This document shows, one piece after another, positions 10,273 through 19,284 of a stretch of DNA of 64,000 nucleotides. Source of the stretch: Candidatus Berkelbacteria bacterium. Its GTDB lineage: Bacteria > Patescibacteriota > UBA1384 > UBA12157. Each line of letters opens with the position of its first letter. Within the stretch, counting starts at the first letter, position 1. The translations under genes were made by a program, and so were the position numbers. The DNA is taken from NCBI GenBank assembly GCA_037127955.1, contig JBAXXI010000003.1, positions 7,771 through 71,770 of the forward strand. The letters run 5' to 3'. Under the pieces are notes generated by a model. It was given only the letters and a program-made list of their open reading frames with translations, had not been told where the DNA came from and made no database searches.

Positions 10273-10868
10273 TTTTTTAAGTCCTTCTGAATCACTTTAA
10301 ATATATCTTCGGCTTCTTGTTCTGGCGTTTGGGTTGCGTCAATTTTAATCCATTGACCAAAAACTTTTTTTTGAGCTAATTGATCGTATAGATCCGCCGT
10401 TTTTTTAAATAAAGGTTTATTTTGTTCATTTCTGTCACTACCCTTGGCTTCTTTGGTTTTACGATCAAAAGCCGTTTTCCAAGGCAACTGTAAATAAAAT
10501 ATCCTGTCCGGTCTCTCCAACTCAAACAGTTTTGCCATAGCTAAACCTTTTTCCACCGAAAACCCTTGCGCCCCTTGAAAAACCAAAGTACAAGGCAAAT
10601 ATCGATCAATAATCAAAACTTTTTTTCTTAATTTTTTAATTCTAGCTTTTTCTTCAACCATCTGACCAATAAACGCGATAAATTGGGCCTCGTTGGTCAT
10701 CTCTGTTTTTCTATCCAAAAAATCGTAAATATCACGACCAAAAGGCAAAGACGGTACCGGATATTTTAAAGTCTCGTATGGAATTTTGGCTTCGGTTAAT
10801 TTCTTTTCTAAAGCCCGGCGCACCACGCCGCAACCCGCTCCATCAATTCCTTCGATCGAATAAAACAT
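10269..10868 (-). CDS. thymidylate-kinase-like protein with degenerate P-loop
   Basis: The P-loop reads EGIDGAGCGVV where Tmk has GxDGxGKTT, so the Lys-Thr is absent. There is a 4-nt overlap with the upstream MraY-like gene. Confidence 0.55.
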   Translation of the reverse strand: MFYSIEGIDGAGCGVVRRALEKKLTEAKIPYETLKYPVPSLPFGRDIYDFLDRKTEMTNEAQFIAFIGQMVEEKARIKKLRKKVLIIDRYLPCTLVFQGAQGFSVEKGLAMAKLFELERPDRIFYLQLPWKTAFDRKTKEAKGSDRNEQNKPLFKKTADLYDQLAQKKVFGQWIKIDATQTPEQEAEDIFKVIQKDLKK

Positions 10869-10902
10869 CTTTTTCTTCCCTCTTTAAACAATAAATTCGC
10901 GC

Positions 10903-11505
10903 TTAGCCCCTCTTAACTTTTCCCCAGTCCTTAGAGTAAATCACGTTATCGGTCACCATTTCGTAATCCAAAATATCTTCATCGGTTAACCAGATTTTCA
11001 TTTCATCGCGAGCTTCGTCGACTGAACCAGATGCGTGAACCAAAGTATGAATCGGTCGCTCCATAATATCGGCAAAATCAAAACTTTCCATCGAATAATC
11101 ACCACGAATCGAACCCACATCAGCCACCATACAGTTAGTTGCTCCAGCTGTTTTTCGTCCCATCGCCACCGCATGAGGTCCTTCCCAAACTGTTACCAAA
11201 AGTGGTCTGTCAGCAAAATGCTCGATCAATCTTGTTCTAGTTCGGCGAGCCAATTCAAGCACGGTCATACCTGGATCAATACCTTTTTCCTGGTAACCTT
11301 TCATGGCTTTTTCACCATTTTGCGTCAACCAAGCCTCGTCATCTGGATAGTGTCGCCCAACCTGGTCAGCCGTTGGCGCCATCATCTTACAAGCCACCAA
11401 TTTTAATCCGCGTTTTTCAAATCGACTAATAAATTCACCGATCAAACCTCTTTGAATTGATTCTGGTTTAATAAAAACCACTGTTTGCTCTACATGTTGA
11501 TTCAT
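10903..11505 (-). CDS. ndk: nucleoside diphosphate kinase (elongated, about 200 aa)
   Basis: VVFIKPESIQRGLIGEFISRFEKRGLKLVACKMM and a catalytic-His region (TLVHASGSVDEA). The start was chosen at M5 (11505) because GGGAG SD precedes it. The ORF-track start is 11517. Confidence 0.8.
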   Translation of the reverse strand: MNQHVEQTVVFIKPESIQRGLIGEFISRFEKRGLKLVACKMMAPTADQVGRHYPDDEAWLTQNGEKAMKGYQEKGIDPGMTVLELARRTRTRLIEHFADRPLLVTVWEGPHAVAMGRKTAGATNCMVADVGSIRGDYSMESFDFADIMERPIHTLVHASGSVDEARDEMKIWLTDEDILDYEMVTDNVIYSKDWGKVKRG

Positions 11506-11520
11506 AATAACTCCCAAAAT

Positions 11521-12795
11521 TTAATACTTATTTAATACATTTTTAAACTTTTCTTCATCCTTGAACGGACCGACAATCGCCAAATTCAGACTTTCTTTGA
11601 CAAACAATTTCTGAGCCAATTTCTGAATATCTTCCTTGGCGACTTGCTCAATTTTTTTAACTAATTCTTCTGGATCTTCGATTTTACCCCATAATAATTC
11701 GCCTTTAGCCAAATAATCAGCTACAGCCAAAGATTCTTCAAGACTTAAATATAAATGACCTTTAAGATTTTCTTTGGCCCGGTTCAATTCTTCATCACTA
11801 ATTAACTCTGATTTCAACTTTTTCACTTCATTCAAAACAACTTCAACTGCTTCTTCAATTCTATTTACATCTACCCCGGCTTTGACTGCCCAAAAACCAG
11901 TATCTTGAAAATCCACCATATCTGCATGAACATAGTAACACAAACCACGACGCTCTCTAACCTCGATGAAAAGTCGGCTTGACATCATCTGCCCCATTAG
12001 GTTAGTTAAAACTTTTAGAATATAACGATCTTGATCTTGTCGACTAATTGAACGCCAAGCCAAAACGAAATGAGCCTGATCAGTTTCTTTATAATTAATT
12101 TTTAAAGTTGGTTTTAATTGATTTTCAACAGCTGGTAAATATTTATTTTTTTGACCAGAGGTGAAATCTTGAAATTTTTCCTTCACTAAACTCAACCAAT
12201 CAATTTTATCTGTACCACCAGCCACCGCTACCACCATATTTTCTGGTGTATAGTGAGCATTTTTATACTCAACCATTTGTTCGCGCGTCAGACCACGAAT
12301 AATTTCCTTTTCACCGGCAATACTACGCCCTAAAGGTTGATTCGGGTAAATTAATTCATTAATCACCAACTCCACCTTGTCACGCGGATCATCATTATAC
12401 ATATTAATTTCTTCAATAATGACACCTTTTTCACGCTCTAATTCCTCGGCGTCAAACTTTGAACCAAACATCATATCGGTCAAAACATCTAAACCGAGCT
12501 CAAAATGTTCGCTCGAAACTCTCACAAAATAACCGGTATATTCTTCACCGGTATAAGCGTTAAAACCAGCGCCGACACTATCTAGGTCGCGCGAAATATC
12601 AATTGTTTTTGGTCTTTTTTCGGTGCCCTTAAAAAACATATGCTCCAAAAAATGCGAAATACCATTGACTTTCGCCTCTTCATACCGAGAACCGACTCCA
12701 AATATAAACAAAATTGTGACAGCTTTAGTCCCACTAACCGGCGCGGTGATCACTCTTAGACCATTATCGAGTGTTGTAACTTGGTGATTTAACAT
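11521..12795 (-). CDS. M16-family zinc peptidase (pitrilysin-like)
   Basis: Inverted zinc motif HFLEHMFFKGT (HxxEH). 424 aa. Confidence 0.85.
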   Translation of the reverse strand: MLNHQVTTLDNGLRVITAPVSGTKAVTILFIFGVGSRYEEAKVNGISHFLEHMFFKGTEKRPKTIDISRDLDSVGAGFNAYTGEEYTGYFVRVSSEHFELGLDVLTDMMFGSKFDAEELEREKGVIIEEINMYNDDPRDKVELVINELIYPNQPLGRSIAGEKEIIRGLTREQMVEYKNAHYTPENMVVAVAGGTDKIDWLSLVKEKFQDFTSGQKNKYLPAVENQLKPTLKINYKETDQAHFVLAWRSISRQDQDRYILKVLTNLMGQMMSSRLFIEVRERRGLCYYVHADMVDFQDTGFWAVKAGVDVNRIEEAVEVVLNEVKKLKSELISDEELNRAKENLKGHLYLSLEESLAVADYLAKGELLWGKIEDPEELVKKIEQVAKEDIQKLAQKLFVKESLNLAIVGPFKDEEKFKNVLNKY

Positions 12796-12893
12796 AAAAT
12801 ATCCTCTTAGTTAAATCCAATATACCTTAAATTAAGTCGGTTTTCAAGGCACAAAAATTTTCAAATAAAAAAACCGCTCTCTAAAAGAACGGT

Positions 12894-13466
12894 CTAATAA
12901 TTTCTAATTTCCACGATTTGAATATTCTGGTACAAAAGCCCCATCGACCTGGCATAAACGTTAAATTCGATCACGCTATTTGAATATTCATCAAACAAAT
13001 CTGTGATAAATTCGTACAAGTCTTGCGCCATAACCGACAATAAAATTAATTTTGCCTCCAATCCCCAAGCATAGTGTTGATTCAAACCACCTTTGATCGG
13101 GTGATTAAAAAATTTCCAATTTGGCCTCGATTTGTAAGTTAACTCTAAAGTTCTTTCACTTCGCATTAATTGACAAATCATAACTAAATCTTCCTCGGGA
13201 ATCCACTCACTTAGATAAAAATAACTTTCGTTATAACCGCTTTTATAAATATCACTTATAATCGAACTGATCTTTTCATAAGGCACATTTTTATAATGAC
13301 TATGTTGGGGCCGACCAGCTCTAAACCTTATTATAACCGGTCCAGTGTAACCACTTTTATAAAAATCATTCAAAGTTGGCCAAATACGCGCGGTATTCCC
13401 AAATTTACCACTAATCAACAAGTCAAACATCTGATCCTTATTCTTAACCTCAATCAAGCTGGCCAC
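12894..13466 (-). CDS. hypothetical protein (190 aa), no recognisable domain
   Basis: Long ORF that I do not recognise. Confidence 0.5.
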   Translation of the reverse strand: MASLIEVKNKDQMFDLLISGKFGNTARIWPTLNDFYKSGYTGPVIIRFRAGRPQHSHYKNVPYEKISSIISDIYKSGYNESYFYLSEWIPEEDLVMICQLMRSERTLELTYKSRPNWKFFNHPIKGGLNQHYAWGLEAKLILLSVMAQDLYEFITDLFDEYSNSVIEFNVYARSMGLLYQNIQIVEIRNY

Positions 13467-13594
13467 CTCCCTTTTTCAATTATTAAGTTGAATCTCAACC
13501 TTAACAATAGTATATCTTTAAATCATTTTGTCAATACAAAAAATCTGCTTTCAAAGATGAAAGCTGACTTTTTATTTCCTATGTGATTTGCTTT

Positions 13595-13729
13595 TTAACT
13601 TAAAACATCGGTGAAAGCCGTAGGGTTTTCCTCGATATCACTTGATTCAACTAAAGTACCATCAGGTGTAATCGAATACTCGGTTGATTCAATTTGTTCG
13701 GCCACCGGGCATTTATTTTCGTTTTGCAT
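13595..13729 (-). CDS. possible small acidic protein (44 aa)
   Basis: Minus-strand ORF MQNENKCPVAEQIESTEYSITPDGTLVESSDIEENPTAFTDVLS, preceded by GGAGAGGG. It is below the ORF-track length cutoff. It sits upstream of, and co-oriented with, the 12894-13466 gene. Confidence 0.3.
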   Translation of the reverse strand: MQNENKCPVAEQIESTEYSITPDGTLVESSDIEENPTAFTDVLS

Positions 13730-13811
13730 TCCCTCTCCTTATTTATTTGACATTAAACCATTATATCACTTTTTTGGCCAAATGTCAAGGCGTAAACCAC
13801 CGCCTAAACAC

Positions 13812-13840
13812 TTGACAAACCTGTAAAACTGTGTTAAATT
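13812..13840 (+). promoter_or_regulatory. sigma-70-like promoter TTGACA-17-TAAATT
   Basis: Exact -35 hexamer and 17-nt spacer, about 80 nt upstream of the ATG at 13923. Confidence 0.5.
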
Positions 13841-13922
13841 ATGCTCAGTCTTAGTGATAACGACACTACTAAAGCACCTAGCTAGGTCTAGCAGGTTAAG
13901 ATTTAGTAAAAAAGGAGAAACT

Positions 13923-14639
13923 ATGACAAATGTACCTGTACAAATTACTCGCGACGGCAAGCTGGCCAACCCAGAAGCCGAGTTCAACCGCCCCAAAACC
14001 TGTCTCTACCGAGTTTGTTTTGGTGGCGACAATGATCCAATCATGGATCTTCTAACTTTTCATGGCGAATGGCCAATGGCAGTCACAAAAGACTACACTT
14101 TCGATGCTCATAAAAAAATGGTCATTGAAAAAAGTCCATGTCTTTCTGACTCCACTCATCACAACTATTGTGAATACATATTGGGTAAAGTAAAAACCAT
14201 TAACCCAATATCACAACTGGCCGAAGAGCGTCCAGGTTATACTCATCTTGTTTGGATAGATAAAATCGAGGATGCATTGTATTGCAAGGACAGAGTAAGA
14301 AAATTTTTCCGAACAAACTGCAAATACGCACCAAGCATATTTCTCTGGCATATAGGCTTTAATGATAATGGCGAATATCAAGCCGACAAAGTTGGTTTTC
14401 GCCAAAGCGCGTCATTCCCTGACCATATGTCCAGTTGTTCAGCCTTCTTCCGACACATGTACTATCCCGATGAGAATATTATGAAAATATATTTTTCTAA
14501 TAGTCTGGACGAAGGTTTGGAGTTATACGAATTTGGCAAACCAAAGGAAAGTATTTTCCCAAAAGAAAAATACCAATATTCGGTCTGGTTTAACACGACC
14601 GAGGCAGCCAATGCCTTTGTGGCGACCCTACAAAAATAA
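13923..14639 (+). CDS. hypothetical Cys/His-rich protein (238 aa)
   Basis: The start was chosen at 13923 because AAAAGGAGAAACT precedes the ATG; the ORF-track start is 13854. Eight Cys plus several His residues. GC is higher than the surroundings. Confidence 0.55.
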   Translation: MTNVPVQITRDGKLANPEAEFNRPKTCLYRVCFGGDNDPIMDLLTFHGEWPMAVTKDYTFDAHKKMVIEKSPCLSDSTHHNYCEYILGKVKTINPISQLAEERPGYTHLVWIDKIEDALYCKDRVRKFFRTNCKYAPSIFLWHIGFNDNGEYQADKVGFRQSASFPDHMSSCSAFFRHMYYPDENIMKIYFSNSLDEGLELYEFGKPKESIFPKEKYQYSVWFNTTEAANAFVATLQK

Positions 14640-14647
14640 CTAAATAT

Positions 14648-14672
14648 AACCCGTGAGAAATCGCGGGTTTTT
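14648..14672 (+). terminator. intrinsic terminator CCCGTGAGAAATCGCGGG + T5
   Basis: Hairpin with a U-tract directly after the stop of the preceding gene. Confidence 0.7.
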
Positions 14673-14696
14673 AAATACAAAATTAACAAAGCAGGG

Positions 14697-14725
14697 GTTG
14701 ACATCTCTCGAGAAATATGATATAT
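14697..14725 (+). promoter_or_regulatory. sigma-70-like promoter TTGACA-17-TATATT
   Basis: Exact -35 hexamer and 17-nt spacer. Upstream of the 14805 gene. Confidence 0.5.
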
Positions 14726-14804
14726 TTACCAGTTGCAAATGAATCTTAAAAATCAAAATCAAACTACTGCTCAAGCAACTAAAGCAGTAAAAAGGAAGTG
14801 GAAA

Positions 14805-15599
14805 ATGGCAGATCCTGTCACAATAATCAGTCCTCGTGGAGCGCAAATTATTGCCTCTAACAATGTTATCGAAATGCCAGATACAAATCTCTGGGAAATC
14901 GTACCGCGCAATACCGCGCGCATTAAAATGGGCACACCAGGCGCACCATGGCCACCAGACCTCGAAGACAAAGTTGAACAATGGCGAAGCGGCAAACTGG
15001 TCAACCTGACCAAAAACGGTCAAATCCGTTACGGCGTCAGCGCCGCCATTATGGGCAGAGAAGGTGTTCGACTTTGGCCGATTTTCGGTCAAAATAGTCC
15101 AACTCACCCAACCCGCCCCAATGAATTGACGCCACCGGCTGGACTTCCGGACGGACCCGACATTTTAGAAAAAGCTATGACCGAACTGGGCCAGGAAATA
15201 ATTATTACCCTTGATGGTCATGTTGGCTTCTGGAGTTTTAACGGAACTATACTGGAACCAGAATGGGTTGTTCAGTACGCCAAAGATCATGAATTAAAAA
15301 TTAATCATGATTTGATTGTACCAGTTAATCTCTTGCACGATATGCCGGAAATGGTTTCAATCGTCGCTGGTGACCAAAAAATTCATTGTTGGGTGGCTTG
15401 GGAATTTGACACCGGAGCCATGGAAATCATGATTCCAATGTCTGCCGAACTACCAAAAAACATCATTTTAAAAGATGGCGAACGCTTTGATAACGGCCAA
15501 TGGCGCGGATCAAATGTGGTTCAGATGAAACTCGGCGAAAAGGCTGAACTAATAATGCGGCGTTTCCTGGACGCAAAAACCAAAGGTTTCTGTCGCTAA
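14805..15599 (+). CDS. hypothetical protein (264 aa), no recognisable domain
   Basis: The start was chosen at 14805 because AAGGAAGTGG precedes the ATG; the ORF-track start is 14733. Elevated GC, around 50%. Confidence 0.55.
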   Translation: MADPVTIISPRGAQIIASNNVIEMPDTNLWEIVPRNTARIKMGTPGAPWPPDLEDKVEQWRSGKLVNLTKNGQIRYGVSAAIMGREGVRLWPIFGQNSPTHPTRPNELTPPAGLPDGPDILEKAMTELGQEIIITLDGHVGFWSFNGTILEPEWVVQYAKDHELKINHDLIVPVNLLHDMPEMVSIVAGDQKIHCWVAWEFDTGAMEIMIPMSAELPKNIILKDGERFDNGQWRGSNVVQMKLGEKAELIMRRFLDAKTKGFCR

Positions 15600-15610
15600 A
15601 CTATCTCGCA

Positions 15611-15636
15611 AGAGGTACCGAAAGGTACCTCTTTTT
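15611..15636 (+). terminator. intrinsic terminator GAGGTACCGAAAGGTACCTC + T5
   Basis: Perfect 8-bp stem with a GAAA loop and a U-tract. Confidence 0.75.
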
Positions 15637-15646
15637 AATATCAATT

Positions 15647-15675
15647 TTGACTTTTTAAATTCAATATTATATGAT
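15647..15675 (+). promoter_or_regulatory. sigma-70-like promoter TTGACT-17-TATGAT
   Basis: Hexamers with a 17-nt spacer upstream of the 15723 gene. Confidence 0.45.
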
Positions 15676-15722
15676 TAGAATGTACAGAAAAACGAACTTA
15701 AAATAAAAATGGAGGGAGCCAA

Positions 15723-16892
15723 ATGGCTAATTTAAAAGTATCACTCGAAAACATCATTCCGCTCACTGAGGCGCGCGATCATTTTTCACAAATCGTGGCC
15801 GATGTTCAAAAAGACAAACTCTACATTTTAACCAAAGGTGGTAAACCAGCTGTGGCCGTGATCGATGTCAAATATTTAGGCGCCATTACCGGCGGCAGTG
15901 TTAATCTTGGCCATGTCGAAACAGAAATTCAAAAAGATCCAATCAAAGTTGGCCGCACCCCAATGATCAAAGTGGCTGAAAATACTGCTCAACCAAGCGG
16001 TTTTAAACCATATACCCCTGCCCCACTTCAAACCAATAGTTTCACTCAAAATAAACCAACTACTCCGAACGCCTCAACCACTAATTTTCAGCCAAAACCA
16101 ATTTTTGGCCAAAATTCAACATCTAACAACTCGAATGAACCAGTTAAGGTCAATTTTCAGCCAGCCACGCCCGCTTCCCCAATCATTCCACCTCAAACCC
16201 CAGTCGCCCCGAGTCCAAAACCAGCCGAAACCAGTAATTTCAGTGGTTTTAATGCACCAAAACCAACTATGCCAGTAACCCCAAAACCTTTTACACCAGC
16301 AGCTACAGCTCCGGTTGCACCGGCTTTTACACCGACCACACCTCCAGCTTCAGTACCGACACCTCAGGCTTCATCTAGTTTTACCAACAACGCTAGTTCT
16401 TCATCGTCAGTTACTCCAACTCCAGCACCAACCTCAACTTTTAATGCACCTCGACCATTTACTCCACCAATTCCACCACAGGCTCCAGTAGCACCAAAAC
16501 CGGCTGCACCGCTAACGATGCCACCGCTTGGACAAATCGACACGCCAGCCAACGCACCTAAAACCGAGACGACTGACACTATTTCTGTCTCTAATTCAAA
16601 TCCATTTACTAGTAGTAACACCAACCCAGTCAAATCACCAATTATCATGAACAATAGTCAACCAACCAGTACGCCACCAAGCGAAACACCAAAACCTGTT
16701 GCACCAACCACTGGTACTGGTTTAAATATGACTTCAACTATGCCAAAAGATAATACTGGCGATACGATTAATGTAATTGAGCTAAACGATGAACCAGAAA
16801 ATCCAACCACTAAGCCAATCTCGCCGGATGACAAGGTTGGTCCAGCTCAATATTCCAGCCAAGACGATGTCGATGATATGGTTTTAGACTAA
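15723..16892 (+). CDS. Phd/YefM-like N-terminal domain fused to a roughly 330-aa Pro/Thr/Ala/Ser-rich low-complexity region
   Basis: The N-terminus IPLTEARDHFSQIVADVQKDKLYILTKGGKPAVAVIDVKYL matches the Phd/YefM antitoxin fold pattern. The remainder is a PT-rich repeat region with an acidic C-terminus. GGAGGG SD precedes the ATG. Confidence 0.65.
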   Translation: MANLKVSLENIIPLTEARDHFSQIVADVQKDKLYILTKGGKPAVAVIDVKYLGAITGGSVNLGHVETEIQKDPIKVGRTPMIKVAENTAQPSGFKPYTPAPLQTNSFTQNKPTTPNASTTNFQPKPIFGQNSTSNNSNEPVKVNFQPATPASPIIPPQTPVAPSPKPAETSNFSGFNAPKPTMPVTPKPFTPAATAPVAPAFTPTTPPASVPTPQASSSFTNNASSSSSVTPTPAPTSTFNAPRPFTPPIPPQAPVAPKPAAPLTMPPLGQIDTPANAPKTETTDTISVSNSNPFTSSNTNPVKSPIIMNNSQPTSTPPSETPKPVAPTTGTGLNMTSTMPKDNTGDTINVIELNDEPENPTTKPISPDDKVGPAQYSSQDDVDDMVLD

Positions 16893-16905
16893 AACTAAAA
16901 AAATA

Positions 16906-16941
16906 CTAAAAAAGATACCGCTACAAACGGTATCTTTTTTT
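16906..16941. terminator. bidirectional terminator GATACCG-CTACAAA-CGGTATC with A/T flanks
   Basis: Lies between convergent genes. Confidence 0.7.
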
Positions 16942-16959
16942 ATTTAAAACAAATTTTAA

Positions 16960-17565
16960 CTAAACGTAACCAAAAACAAAGAAAACTAACAAGGTAATAA
17001 CCGTGGTGACCAAAGCCCCAAAAGTCGTCTGCCAAAGACTATGACGTTTACGGTAAATTCTTGACCAGGCCAAAGGTATTAAAATGAGGTATAACCACCA
17101 AAATTTTGGACCAAAAATAATCACCGCAATAGTCGCAATCGAAGCAAAAGTGCCAGTATGAACACTAATTTTCCACCATTGAGAAATAATGGCTAAAACT
17201 AAACTATTTAGAGCATAAATTACCGCGATCACAAAAACCGGTCGAACAGCGTGTAAGCAAAACAAAACTAAAGCACCGACCAAAGCTGAAATAGCCATGA
17301 CGATCATCGGAATTTTGCGTTCATTTGGGTTAGCCATATGAATATCGGTGATTTTTCGAGCTTCAAACAACCAAAGGATATAAAAACCAGGCAAAATGGT
17401 TGAAAATGAAAAGAAAGTCAACATCCAAGGCATAAATTGGTTCAAGTCTTGGGCATAATTATAAACAATCAATACGGTAAAAACGACCGCCGCAACATAT
17501 GGGCTGAAAAATGCGGAAATTCCGAAAGCAATATAATCCAAAAATTTTCGATTAGCCGTTTTCAT
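16960..17565 (-). CDS. polytopic membrane protein (201 aa)
   Basis: About 6 TM helices. Overlaps the upstream PAP2 gene by 4 nt. Confidence 0.55.
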   Translation of the reverse strand: MKTANRKFLDYIAFGISAFFSPYVAAVVFTVLIVYNYAQDLNQFMPWMLTFFSFSTILPGFYILWLFEARKITDIHMANPNERKIPMIVMAISALVGALVLFCLHAVRPVFVIAVIYALNSLVLAIISQWWKISVHTGTFASIATIAVIIFGPKFWWLYLILIPLAWSRIYRKRHSLWQTTFGALVTTVITLLVFFVFGYV

Positions 17566-18131
17566 GCCAAATTTACCTTTTTTGCTAATTTAATCACAAA
17601 TTCATAAACAATATTTAAAGGTTTATCAAACAAATAAACCAAGTAGGCCGTGAAAATACCAATGATAGCACCAGCCAAAACATCGGTTGGCCAATGTATC
17701 CCGGTGGCAACTCTAAAAATCGCATTAATACTAGCTAAAACAAAGAAGGCTACACCCATTTTTTTATTACCAGAAAACCAAAAACTCGCCGCGATCGCAA
17801 AGAAAACCGTAGCATGATCAGACGGAAAAGAATAAGTTGGTCGATGAAACAAAAGTTCGCGCACACCACCAGAGTCAAACGGTCTGGCTCGATGAATAAA
17901 TTGACCGATCGAATGGGCAAAAACTAAAAACGCCACTAAAGCTGAACCAGCGGCACGCATGGCCACTTTTTTACTTTTTTGATCATAAAACCATAACCAA
18001 AGCAGTATAATTGGCAAAACATAGATCAAATATTCAGCAAATAATTTGTTCCAAAAACCCCAATCTTTAACAAAATTGTTTAACCACAGTAAGATTTTCA
18101 AATCCAGAGCCTGAATGTAATTAATCATCAT
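17562..18131 (-). CDS. PAP2-family membrane phosphatase
   Basis: PAP2 motifs PSDHATVFFAIAASF and HWPTDVLAGAIIG. Confidence 0.8.
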   Translation of the reverse strand: MMINYIQALDLKILLWLNNFVKDWGFWNKLFAEYLIYVLPIILLWLWFYDQKSKKVAMRAAGSALVAFLVFAHSIGQFIHRARPFDSGGVRELLFHRPTYSFPSDHATVFFAIAASFWFSGNKKMGVAFFVLASINAIFRVATGIHWPTDVLAGAIIGIFTAYLVYLFDKPLNIVYEFVIKLAKKVNLA

Positions 18132-18159
18132 ATTATTACTGTAACAAGAAACATTTTCT

Positions 18160-18188
18160 TTGACAAGTCAAGCTTTGCGTCGCATAAT
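18160..18188 (+). promoter_or_regulatory. sigma-70-like promoter TTGACA-17-CATAAT
   Basis: Upstream of the Xer recombinase gene. Confidence 0.45.
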
Positions 18189-18224
18189 TTAAATAGATAA
18201 TAAAGATTAAATTTTAAGGAAAAT

Positions 18225-19211
18225 ATGACTATAAAAAATCTCATCACTCAATATTTAGAATACCTAGAAATCGAAAAAGGTCGCTCTCTTTTGACAGTGC
18301 GCAATTACGATCGTTATCTTCAGGATTTTGCCCATTTTGCCAAAAGTAAAGAAGTTGAAACCCCAGAAAAAATTGATTTAGAACTTATTCGCCAATACCG
18401 CTTAGTGATCAATCGCACCGAAATTTCCAAAAAAACACAAAATTACTACCTGATCGCTTTGCGTAGTTTCTTAAAATTTCTAGCACGTAAAGATATCCAA
18501 ACCTTAGCACCAGAAAAAATTGAACTGGCCAAAGTTGACGAACACCAAATTACATTTCTCGACAGCGAAGAATTAACTGATTTGATCAGTAAACCAGAAT
18601 TAAGTACACCTCAAGGCCGCCGCGATCGCGCCATTTTAGATCTTCTTTTTTCGACTGGTTTACGCGTTTCAGAGCTGTGTAACCTGAAAAAAACCGATAT
18701 TAATTTGGACCGGTCCGAATTTTCCGTCAAAGGTAAAGGCGGTAAAATTCGCGTGGTTTTTCTTGACCAAGAATCCAAACAATCTTTACAACGCTACCTT
18801 GACCGCCGCACCGATAAATCTGAATTTTTGTTTGTTTCTTATGGTCACACCAACGAAGAAAAAATTCAAGTTCAAGAAGAAGATCGACCCATGACTCCGC
18901 GGTCAGTTCAACGAATGATTGTCAAATACGCTCACCTAGCCGGTATCACCAAACAAGTGACACCGCACGTTTTGCGTCACTCTTTTGCTACCGACCTTTT
19001 AATGAGCGGGGCTGATTTGCGAGCCGTTCAGGCACTCTTGGGTCACTCCTCGATCACTACCACTCAAATTTATACTCATGTCACTGATCAACACCTTCAT
19101 GATGTTCACCAGGCTTTCCATGGTTTGAGAAATCAAACTCAAGAAGAAATTGATGAAACTGAACCAGAAATTATTGAACCTGAAATGATCGATGAAGAAA
19201 TAGCCGAATAA
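18225..19211 (+). CDS. tyrosine recombinase XerC/XerD family
   Basis: RHSFATDLLMSGADLRAVQALLGHSSITTTQIYTHV with the catalytic Tyr. Acidic C-terminal tail. Confidence 0.85.
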   Translation: MTIKNLITQYLEYLEIEKGRSLLTVRNYDRYLQDFAHFAKSKEVETPEKIDLELIRQYRLVINRTEISKKTQNYYLIALRSFLKFLARKDIQTLAPEKIELAKVDEHQITFLDSEELTDLISKPELSTPQGRRDRAILDLLFSTGLRVSELCNLKKTDINLDRSEFSVKGKGGKIRVVFLDQESKQSLQRYLDRRTDKSEFLFVSYGHTNEEKIQVQEEDRPMTPRSVQRMIVKYAHLAGITKQVTPHVLRHSFATDLLMSGADLRAVQALLGHSSITTTQIYTHVTDQHLHDVHQAFHGLRNQTQEEIDETEPEIIEPEMIDEEIAE

Positions 19212-19224
19212 ACAACCGATGGTC

Positions 19225-19253
19225 TTGACTCAAACTCAAATTTAAGGTATAAT
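19225..19253 (+). promoter_or_regulatory. sigma-70-like promoter TTGACT-17-TATAAT
   Basis: Near-consensus hexamers upstream of the 19285 gene. Confidence 0.5.
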
Positions 19254-19284
19254 CTGAGTAATATTTTAAATAGGGGGAAATTTA

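Noticed and set aside
12894-13466. Possible ADP-ribosyltransferase (R-S-ExE-like spacing) in the 190-aa orphan protein
   Set aside because: The motif resemblance (IIRFRAG...YLSEW...PEE) is too weak to assert without a profile search.
13296-13586. 96-aa ORF overlapping the 5' end of the 190-aa gene
   Set aside because: It is antisense to a better ORF, has no SD, and has AT-rich low-complexity composition.
16364-16654. 96-aa ORF antisense to the Pro/Thr-rich region
   Set aside because: It is a Gly/Ala-rich mirror translation of a repetitive coding region, so it is a spurious ORF.
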